Positions 28,731-39,123 of a DNA stretch of 64,000 nucleotides are shown piece by piece. Every line of letters begins with the position of its first letter. Within the stretch, counting starts at the first letter, position 1. Source of the stretch: Octopus sinensis (lineage: Eukaryota); contig NC_043008.1 in the NCBI RefSeq assembly GCF_006345805.1, positions 60,264,001 to 60,328,000 of the forward strand, read 5' to 3'. Below the pieces are notes generated by a model. The model did not search any database and was not told the DNA's origin. It saw nothing but the letters and a program-made list of their open reading frames with translations. The position numbers and the translations under genes are program-made.

Positions 28731-29290
28731 TGATTAGATCTCCAGATCTGTAAACCTCACAAATGTCGCTGTTGATCTACTGTAGATTCTTTCGACCTCC
28801 ACCGATTGTCATGCCATTACAGTACTGACCACCTTCCTTCTGACCACCTTCCACGCCATGTTGCTCTCAACGAAAAAGCATTGCCTAGACAGATACCACA
28901 GGCTTCCCTTCCGAGGTCCAGCCCGCGGGGCTGTTCCGAGGGAACGGTAAAAAGCCTGGCGGTATAAAACTTTTCTCGTTCCGTGGCGGTAGGACATCTC
29001 ACCTGGGGTTCCACATGCTGTGATACCTTCTCCAGCAGGAACTTGCTATGTTCAGCTACCAGCCCAGGTACCGTTGTTCGTCAGGCTTAGAAAAAGCAAA
29101 CTATTAACGTACCGGTCACTCTCTGACAGGCTTATGGGTCGAGCCTCCAGCAGTGGAGACCCCCAGGGTTCTCGGACCCCCTGACCATATCTCTGATCAC
29201 AGCCATCGGGGCAGAGATGACACTGCACAAATGCGATCTCCATCGCCATCCTCCGGGGCAACGTCTTTTCGATTTTGTCTGTTGGGACCA
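28731..29290 (+). mobile_element. Relic of a CRE-type non-LTR retrotransposon C-terminus (CCHC knuckle + restriction-like endonuclease)
   Basis: Across frameshifts and stops: QICKPHKCRC*STVDSFDLHRLSC (CCHC), PRHVALNE, GNGKKPGGIKLFSFRGGR (degenerate RPDG), LTWGSTCCDTF, KLLTYRSL, WVEPPAVETPRVLGP, ISIAILRGNVFSIL; motif order matches CRE-clade RLE elements. Confidence 0.8.
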
Positions 29291-29639
29291 AGAGTTACGC
29301 GACTGCAGATAACGCGTCAACCACAACTCTTGGTAACGCAACTACATGTCATACTATCTCAATTACCACTACCACCACTACAACTTAGTGCTGAAATTTA
29401 TTTGAATTTTGAACGGAAGAGAAGGAAATATCCCGTCATGATTCGATACAAAGAAATTAAGGCTTCAAACATATTCAACGTACCAGCAAGTTTTTATATA
29501 ATGTAAACCATGATACAAGCAATAAGCAGTAAACATTTCGAAACGTAAGATCATATGTAATTTAAACAAAAAAAAATTTTCTAACTAATAAATCCACGTC
29601 TCTCATAACAGAATCACCTTATATAAATTAAAAATCAAA

Positions 29640-29890
29640 GCTTTTACAATTGAAATAAAGTACAACAAATGTATGATTTATTTTAGTTATAGGACTCATC
29701 AAGAAAGTGTGAAAATCAACCAAATAAAATGTTGTGTTTAAGTCTGCCGCCCAAGAACACGAAACGCACTAAAGGGAAAAATTACGTTACTAAAGGCACC
29801 AAACTGATGCTTTAAACAGTCTTACAATACATTTTCTCGACTGGTACTTTATTTATTCGACCTCCAAAGAATAATGTGCAAAGTTAGCTC
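29640..29890 (-). repeat. Inverted diverged copy of 37850-38092 (segment X), left flank of the tandem array
   Basis: Reverse complement reads ccagtcgagaaaatgtattgtaagactgtttaaagcatc...gtgttcttgggcggcagactt...cattttatttggttgattttcacactttcttgatgagt..., collinear with 37889-38090. Confidence 0.85.
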
Positions 29891-32800
29891 AAGATCTCAT
29901 TAAGACACTAGTGCTTTAGTTACAAACTACAAATCCTTACCTCAAGACAACTGAAGTCTTTCCTAGCTATCTTTATTCCTTATTGAATCCAACTTTAGCA
30001 CCAAGCATCTAATTCTATGTAGCTTATTTTCTCTGCATGTCTAAATTCAATATTTTCTCGACTGGTACTTTATTTATTCGACCTCCAAAGAATAATGGGC
30101 AAAGTTAGCTCAAGATCTCATTAAGACACTAGTGCTTTAGTTACAAACTACAATCCTTACTTCAAGACAACTGAAGTCTATCCTAGCTATCTTTACTCCT
30201 TATTGAATCCAACTTTAGCACCAAGCATCTAATTCTATGTAGCTTATTTTCTCTGCATGTCTAAATCCAATATTTTCTCGACTGGTACTTTATTTATTCG
30301 ACCTCCAAAGAATAATGTGCAAAGTTAGCTCAAGATCTCCTTAAGACACTAGTGCTTTAGTTACAAACTACCAATCCTTACTTCAAGACAATTGAAGTCT
30401 ATCCTAGCTATCTTTACTCCTTATTGAATCCAACTTTAGCACCAAGCATCTAATTCTATGTAGCTTATTTTCTCTGCATGTCTAAATCCAATATTTTCTC
30501 GACTGGTACTTTATTTATTCGACCTCCAAAGAATAATGTGCAAAGTTAGCTCAAGATCTCATTAAGACACTAGTGCTTTAGTTACAAACTACCACTCCTT
30601 ACTTCAGACAACTGAAGTCTATCCTAGCTATCTTTACTCCTTATTGAATCCACTTTAGCACCAAGCATCTAATTCTATGTAGCTTATTTTCTCTGCATGT
30701 CTAAATCCAATATTTTCTCGACTGGTACTTTATTTATTCGACCTCCAAGAATAATGTGCAAAGTTAGCTCAAGATCTCCTTAAGACACTAGTGCTTTAGT
30801 TACAAACTACCAATCCTTACTTCAAGACAATTGAAGTCTATCCTAGCTATCTTACTCCTTATTGAATCCAACTTTAGCACCAAGCATCTAATTCTATGTA
30901 GCTTATTTTCTCTGCATGTCTAAATCCAATATTTTCTCGACTGGTACTTTATTTATTCGACCTCCAAAGAATAATGTGCAAAGTTAGCTCAAGATCTCAT
31001 TAAGACACTAGTGCTTTAGTTACAAACTACCACTCCTTACTTCAAGACAACTGAAGTCTATCCTAGCTATCTTTACTCCTTATTGAATCCAACTTTAGCA
31101 CCAAGCATCTAATTCTATGTAGCTTATTTTCTCTGCATGTCTAAATTCAATATTTTCTCGACTGGTACTTTATTTATTCGACCTCCAAAGAATAATGTGC
31201 AAAGTTAGCTCAAGATCTCCTTAAAACACTAGTGCTTTAGTTACAAACTACCAATCCTTACTTCAAGACAACTGAAGTCTATCCTAGCTATCTTTACTCC
31301 TTATTGAATCCAACTTTAGCACCAAGCATCTAATTCTATGTAGCTTATTTTCTCTGCATGTCTAAATCCAATATTTTCTCGACTGGTACTTTATTTATTC
31401 GACCTCCAAAGAATAATGTGCAAAGTTAGCTCAAGATCTCATTAAGACACTAGTGCTTTAGTTACAAACTACCAATCCTTACTTCAAGACAACTGAAGTC
31501 TATCCTAGCTATCTTTACTCCTTATTGAATCCAACTTTAGCACCAAGCATCTAATTCTATGTAGCTTATTTTCTCTGCATGTCTAAATCCAATATTTTCT
31601 CGACTGGTACTTTATTTATTCGACCTCCAAAGAATAATGGGCAAAGTTAGCTCAAGATCTCATTAAGACACTAGTGCTTTAGTTACAAACTACCAATCCT
31701 TACTTCAAGACAACTGAAGTCTATCCTAGCTATCTTTACTCCTTATTGAATCCAACTTTAGCACCAAGCATCTAATTCTATGTAGCTTATTTTCTCTGCA
31801 TGTCTAAATCCAATATTTTCTCGACTGGTACTTTATTTATTCGACCTCCAAAGAATAATGTGCAAAGTTAGCTCAAGATCTCCTTAAGACACTAGTGCTT
31901 TAGTTACAAACTACCACTCCTTACTTCAAGACAACTGAAGTCTATCCTAGCTATCTTTACTCCTTATTGAATCCAACTTTAGCACCAAGCATCTAATTCT
32001 ATGTAGCTTATTTTCTCTGCATGTCTAAATTCAATATTTTCTCGACTGGTACTTTATTTATTCGACCTCCAAAGAATAATGGGCAAAGTTAGCTCAAGAT
32101 CTCATTAAGACACTAGTGCTTTAGTTACAAACTACCAATCCTTACTTCAAGACAACTGAAGTCTATCCTAGCTATCTTTACTCCTTATTGAATCCAACTT
32201 TAGCACCAAGCATCTAATTCTATGTAGCTTATTTTCTCTGCATGTCTAAATTCAATATTTTCTCGACTGGTACTTTATTTATTCGACCTCCAAAGAATAA
32301 TGTGCAAAGTTAGCTCAAGATCTCCTTAAGACACTAGTGCTTTAGTTACAAACTACCAATCCTTACTTCAAGACAACTGAAGTCTATCCTAGCTATCTTT
32401 ACTCCTTATTGAATCCAACTTTAGCACCAAGCATCTAATTCTATGTAGCTTATTTTCTCTGCATGTCTAAATTCAATATTTTCTCGACTGGTACTTTATT
32501 TATTCGACCTCCAAAGAATAATGGGCAAAGTTAGCTCAAGATCTCATTAAGACACTAGTGCTTTAGTTACAAACTACCAATCCTTACTTCAAGACAACTG
32601 AAGTCTATCCTAGCTATCTTTACTCCTTATTGAATCCAACTTTAGCACCAAGCATCTAATTCTATGTAGCTTATTTTCTCTGCATGTCTAAATTCAATAT
32701 TTTCTCGACTGGTACTTTATTTATTCGACCTCCAAAGAATAATGGGCAAAGTTAGCTCAAGATCTCATTAAGACACTAGTGCTTTAGTTACAAACTACCA

Positions 32801-32920
32801 ATCCTTACCTCAAGACAACTGAAGTCTTTCCTAGCTATCTTTATTCCTTATTGAATCCAACTTTAGCACCAAGCATCTAATTCTATGTAGCTTATTTTCT
32901 CTGCATGTCTAAATTCAATA
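29831..32920. repeat. Tandem satellite array, 14 units of 221 bp (three read 219-220 bp)
   Basis: attttctcgactggtac recurs at 29831, 30052, 30272, 30493, 30712, 30931, 31152, 31373, 31594, 31815, 32036, 32257, 32478 and 32699; units differ by only a few bases. Confidence 0.98.
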
Positions 32921-33407
32921 TTTCGCCTTCACTAGCTGCAGCAAAGCTAATTAAATTAGGAATAGCGTTAATGTTTGTACTTATAACACGCTTTAATCGT
33001 TTTGTTTAAGCAAATTACCAGCCCATGTGACTGAACAAGCAGTAAATCATTGAGGTACGTATACTATTATGAGCAAGAACACGTTTTAACTAAAAATCGA
33101 AATGGCCGTCACAAGAATCGAATATATTCCTGAAACTTGAAATAATGGCAAACGGCATCATCCGAATAAATTTAATTATACTTTGCAACATATATTGAAC
33201 ACTGTTGTCATATTCGTTATAAACAACTTATATCTATGAATATTTGTACACACACACATATATGTATATATGCTTGTATATTGATTGATTGGTTCAGAAC
33301 AATTTTTTGCCTGCATCTATCTATCTATCTATCTATTGTCCGTGTATATATATATATATTATATATATATATAACTTTGTAAATATATATATATATAACT
33401 TTGTATT

Positions 33408-33483
<76 letters not shown>

Positions 33484-34680
33484 ACTTTGTATTTATATTT
33501 ATATATATATATTATATATATATATAACTTTGTATTTATATAATTTAAGTATTTACGTTTACGTACACATAGTACATTCGGGTGAAGAGATAGATGTGTA
33601 GGAGGTACGTCTGTGTGTATATGCCACGAATTGCTCCGAGGGAATTCATCACACACTCTAACAAAATATTTAAATAACTTCATGAGAAATGAGAAAGAAA
33701 AAACAAAAAGAAAATGTAAAAAAAACAATTCGGATGTTGTTAGAATTAGAGTTTAAATCGATAGTTGTAAAGATTCGAATGCAATAGACGCTATTGGTAA
33801 ACGGTAAGTGCTGTCAGCAGCGATTCATTACAATTGATCGATTCTGTAGTGGCGAGTGAGGAGTAGACTTTTCAAAGAGAAAGCAAAGATGAAATATTAT
33901 ATATCAATGGATTTTTTTTTCTATTTAGGAGTCTCTTTATACTTATTTTATTTTTTATGAAATTTTCCCTACTTAAAAAAAAAAGAAAAAATATAAAACA
34001 TTGAGAAAGATTTTCATTTCTGACAGGATGACATGTTAGACAGGTTAAATGTTAATTCAAAATGAAATGTTATAAAAAAACAGAAAGCCTCTGCGCATGC
34101 CCACACCCTTCTGGGAGTCTGCATGTACATTTTGTTACGCGTCGCTGTTAACCTTGTACAAAATTGAACTTGTTATATAACATGGCTATAATAGGGTTCT
34201 CAGCTCACCTGGTCATGCCACCAACCTATTTTTTTCATCAGAGTCAACTATTGCCCTCAAATAGCTGATCAGTAAATAGGTGGTGTTAATTTCAAAGATG
34301 GTTGGAATTAGTAAGAGCAACGTTTGGTTGTTGTATTGAGAAAGGACTTCACAACGTTAAACATTCCTCATAAACAGGTTTATCCGTTGTTGTCATTAGT
34401 TACCTTGAGTTAGCTTTGAGCAACAATACGTTGCAACTTAACTGAGAGAGGCACCTCTAGAAGATCGATCGAAAATGGTAGGACGAGCAGCCAGACTTTC
34501 GTTAAATCTCGTTTACCTTTCAGAAAGAGGGAAAGACAGAATGGAAGATGTATTCCTTGAAAACTAGTAGAAAGATAAGAAGATACAATTAGAACGTCTT
34601 TGGTTACAGGTCTGTTCGATCAGAGAGAAAAATAATGAAAGGAACAGCCCCGTCCCCTTAAGTATATGTTTATATGGAAG

Positions 34681-34900
34681 GCGGCGAGCTGGCAGAAACG
34701 TTAGCACGCCGGGCGAAATGCTTAGCGGTATTTCGTCTGCCGCTACGTTCTGAGTTCAAATTCCGCCGAGGTCGACTTTGCCTTTCATCCTTTCGGGGTC
34801 GATAAATAAAGTACCAGTTACGCACTGGGGTCGATATAATCGGCTTAATCCCCTTGTTTGTCCCCTCTATGTTTAGCCCCTTGTGGGTAGTAAAGAAATA
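34681..34900 (+). mobile_element. Young SINE-A monomer (tail type 1) with perfect 18-bp TSD
   Basis: tatatgtttatatggaag at 34663-34680 and 34901-34918; intact head with A-box-like TGGCAGAAACG and B-box-like GAGTTCAAATT. Confidence 0.95.
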
Positions 34901-35273
34901 TATATGTTTATATGGAAGAATATCTAAATGATGTAAATACAGCTCAAGGTGTAGAATTCACGGGTTGTTAGTTTTTGTGAAGCTCTTTTATATTTGCAAG
35001 TCACATCATTCCCAGCATTTAACGTGAATTATATGACCTTATATAAAATGACCTTACACTACATTGCAATTCCACATCCACTTTGTTCAAGTTGAAAATA
35101 TATAATTCAGGTCGTTAAGTAAAACTAGATATGGTTGACAAGCTTTCTTTCTTCCGGATCTTTCATACAAATCGCTCTCAACCTAGATAATACACATCGA
35201 TATCTATATCTGTCAATCTACCTAGCTAATTCACTACCTACTTACCAACCTACCTACATTCCTATCTATCCCA

Positions 35274-35348
<75 letters not shown>

Positions 35349-35487
35349 CCAATCGATGTATGTATGTATGTATGTATGTATGTATGTATGTATCTAATCC
35401 GTCTAATCTCTCTAAGCAATATATTTCTATACATATACAGCTCTTTGTTTCTCTCTCTTCTTTGTATACATACATACATACTTACAA

Positions 35488-35525
<38 letters not shown>

Positions 35526-36338
35526 GCAGGTATAAATATATGTTTGTAGATATGTGTGTGCGCGCACGCGTGTGTGTTTTACATAAAAGACAATGTATCT
35601 TCTTTCAAAATAGACAGAATTGAATATTGTTGTTGGGAAAGTCTCTTATCGAATTTTGCTTTATTTTTCATTTTTACTTTTTTACTTTTAAAGTTAATTG
35701 ATTTTCTTTCATTCTGCACAGCTTCATATCTGTTGCTTTGTAGAGATGTCTGATGTATGTGACCCAACTGACATTATGTTTTCTTATTCCTATTTCATAT
35801 ACCTCCACCCTTCCATTGTATTAGTGTAACCATTGACAACGTACTCTGATAAGTTACAGTCATTAATTTTGGCAAAAACCAACAGCCAAATCACGATTAC
35901 ACACTGACTCAATAACACAGAGCTCACACTATTTATTGTTTATCGAGGATAATAGGTTCTATACAGAGGTCAGCCATTGAAGTGTATCCTTAAAATCCTT
36001 CAAACATGGGTGGATAGAGTGACCTAAAGAAATAGGTTCCCTTTGAATTAGTGTCCATGTCATCAGAGAAATAACCATGGGTCGTAAGGCAATGGAAAAG
36101 GCTTGTATGCAAATACTCGATTTGCTAGATAAGATAGGTATATTTCTCTTGTATTGCATGCCATTGTTTTTTTTTAAAAATGGACAAATTTGAGAGTTTC
36201 GGTGCTGTACGTATCTTTAGAATAACTAAACCTTACTAACACATACATGAATATGTGTAAAAGTGACATGAATAGAGTTAATTGCATCACAGAACATAAA
36301 GAGGTCAAAAGAAAAGGAAAAGGAAAAATAGAGATACA

Positions 36339-36855
36339 TCTATATATATAAAACTGTAGTTGTGTGAGTGTCTGTCTCCTACGATTTAGATTCCTAACTC
36401 CTCCCACATTTTGCGGTGCAGTTTAACCAAATTCGGGTATCTTATAGTCGTGAGTAATATCAAGCCTGTCTGGCTATTAGCGCGCGTCTACGATGAGTCT
36501 ACGATTTTAAAAATAATTTAACATCATTTTTTATTCCATTTTAATGCATAATTTTTCGTGTATCGATGGCGGCGGAGTTGGCGTCCACGCTCAAACACCT
36601 GCACCTGTGTTTGCTTCTCCCCCTTCTTCCCTCCCTCGTGAAGCTGTGGGGAAGGGAGTGTAAGGAAATCAACGTCGTAATGCGTTGTCAAGGAGATCAG
36701 CGTTCTTTTAGAACAACGACTTCATGGCTTGAAGACACCAAAACAGAAATGGCTAAGAAAGCCCGAATTGGCATCTATAAAGGAAGTAACTCTCTAAAAA
36801 TGCTTATATAGTTATTTCCTTTACAAACCCGAGCAACGCCGGGCGATACTGCTAG
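36339..36855 (+). mobile_element. Complete non-autonomous Helitron
   Basis: Starts a|TCTATATATATAAAA, ends with GC-rich hairpin cccgagcaacgccggg then gatactgCTAG|t; A/T insertion site with no TSD, the established Helitron signature. Confidence 0.85.
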
Positions 36856-37849
36856 TTAATAAATAAACAAAGAGTAGAAAACAGAAGAAAGGAAAAGCAT
36901 TTAAGGTTTATAATATCTGATATTTTAAAAAATGCTTTGAAAATGTATCAATCGGAAGGTCACAGATATGCAACCTAATGTTGTTGCATAATAACGTCTA
37001 TTACTACGAAATAAAGACAAGTTTATTAAATAAGTTTATTTGTATCCTTAAGTGGCTACAAATGCCACTTATCGTCAGTGACATTGTGGTGAGAAGAAAT
37101 TTAATTATAGGGTTTGCTCAGTCGGAAGTATTTTACGGCTATAAAATTTCAGTTTGATCATTTGTAAAATATTGTTATTTTTTGCGTATAATTTCAATAC
37201 TAGTTATTACTTAGTTTATACCAAATTCCTCCCACTGAGAAGAATGACAGAATAGCAAAAGACAATGGTGAATTCTCTTTCAGATATAACAGTAAAATCC
37301 CTTCCATATCATACCTAACCACTTTAATAAATGCGAATGATGTGTTCAATAATGCAGACTTTGTTACACTTTATCTAAAAAGCAAAATGTGGTGTGTTAA
37401 CAGCTGGAAGTGTTTGGAATAAGGTTTGACACAGATTTTAAACAATATCAACTAACAAAATCGCTAGTTGTCTTCTATTTGCTTGAAATTTATATACAAT
37501 CAGATGCCAGTCTACAATTGAATTCTTCTTCTTCCTATGGTTGAAGAATTGTGATAATTGTTCACAAATATAAACAATATCAAGAGATTTTTTTATCCAA
37601 GGACACAATGAAAAGTCTGTTGTGAATACGCGTAATCTATTCAACCATATAGTTTTTGTCGCGTCAAAATTTCTATCAGCCATTTGTCTCATTTGTAAAC
37701 AGAAATTTCTAGGTTTGAAATCATATTTCTGTAATACTAATTTTTAATATTTCACGAAAGATTACACAGAATCATTTCGATTCATGTTAAAACTGTGTGA
37801 TATCTATTCCGATTCACTGCACTCCAAGTTCAAATCGCCTCAAAGCCAA

Positions 37850-38318
37850 CTTTGCCCATCATCCTTTGGAGGTCGATCAAATAAAGTGCCAGTCGAGAAT
37901 AATGTTTTGTAAGAATTTTTAAAGCATCGGCTCGGCGCCTCTGGTTATGTAATTGTTCCGTTTTGTGCGTTCCGTGTTCTTGGACGACAGACTTCAATAC
38001 ATTTTATTTGGTTGATTTTCCACACTTTCCTTGATGAGTTCTATCACTAAAATAAATCATTCACGTTATACTTTATTTCAAATTAAAAGATTATGTTCAT
38101 CTCGTAAGTTACCTTTGTTCTAGCTTTCAAACTAGTCGAAGTCTCTCCTATCTTTACTTCACATTGCATCCGCTTTTAACACTAGACCTCTTTTTACCGT
38201 ATTTTCTCTGCATGTCTAAACTCAACCTTTCACCACCACTTACTGCAGCAAAACAGATTAAACTACGAATATCATTAATTTTTGTAGCTATAACACGCTC
38301 TAATTGCTTTGTTTAAGC
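37850..38318 (+). repeat. Diverged relative (segments X+Y) of the array locus, beginning in a SINE-A core fragment
   Basis: X (37850-38092) matches the array left flank in reverse orientation. Y (38104-38318) matches the second part of the 221-bp unit and the array right flank (32920-33011) in direct orientation. Confidence 0.8.
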
Positions 38319-38705
38319 TAGAAGATTCCCTCTGCTAATCTAGCTCAAAATTAATGACTTCACGCTCTGTGACTTAGCTGGAATTTCATTTAATATCAAA
38401 ATGGTTTCGCTTTCGTCTCCTAAATTATGAGGTATTACAAAATTACAAATATTTCAAGGACCTTCTCATTTGCATATTGCCATCAAAATTTTAGTTATGC
38501 CAGTGTCATTACAATTAGTTATATCGCTAGTATTTTTAGTTTCAACCCCCAACTTAATTTTTTCCATAGAGTTCACACCTAAAATATCTTTGACGATCTA
38601 CTCAAATACAGAAGGCAGAATTTTTAGTAACCCTTACCCACACAAAAAAAGAAAAAAAGACAACTCAACGAATGGCATCTGATAACTTGCCATTAGTTAT
38701 AATTT

Positions 38706-38880
38706 TGGAGCGGCAAGATGGTAGACTCGTTAGCACGTTGAGCAAAATGGTTAGCGGTATTTCGTTCACCTTTACGAGTTCAAATTCTGACTAGGTCGAC
38801 TTTGATTTTCATTCTTTCGGGGTCGATAAAATAAGTACCTGCTGAGCACTAGGATTAATGTAATACATTTTCCGCTTCAT
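38706..38880 (+). mobile_element. Degenerate SINE-A
   Basis: ggagcggcaagatggtagactcgttagcacg...gagttcaaattctgactaggtcgactttg...tttcggggtcgataaaataagtacc. Confidence 0.8.
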
Positions 38881-39089
38881 CAATATTGCTGGCCACAATT
38901 TGAAATCGATATTAGATGTAGCATACTTTTGAACAAAACGTAATTACATAGCTGAATAGAGTTATAGTGCTTTAAAAAGGGGTTTTGGTAAAATTTCACA
39001 CTCTATGTGAATGATCGCTATGAATAATATATGAAGAATTCTATATATCTGTGTGAGTGCACATATGTATGGACACATGTATGTGTACG

Positions 39090-39121
<32 letters not shown>

Positions 39122-39123
<2 letters not shown>

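Noticed and set aside
29831-32920. Array as a CRISPR locus or ribozyme-bearing (retrozyme-like) satellite
   Set aside because: Whole units are near identical with no unique spacers or cas genes, and I found no CUGANGA…GAAA core on either strand (nearest is ctgaagt).
33365-33545. Four copies of ataactttgta embedded in (TA)n
   Set aside because: Explained by slippage duplication within a microsatellite.
34090-34115. tgcgcatgc NRF1-like motif as a promoter
   Set aside because: A single short motif with no CpG-rich context or downstream exon support.
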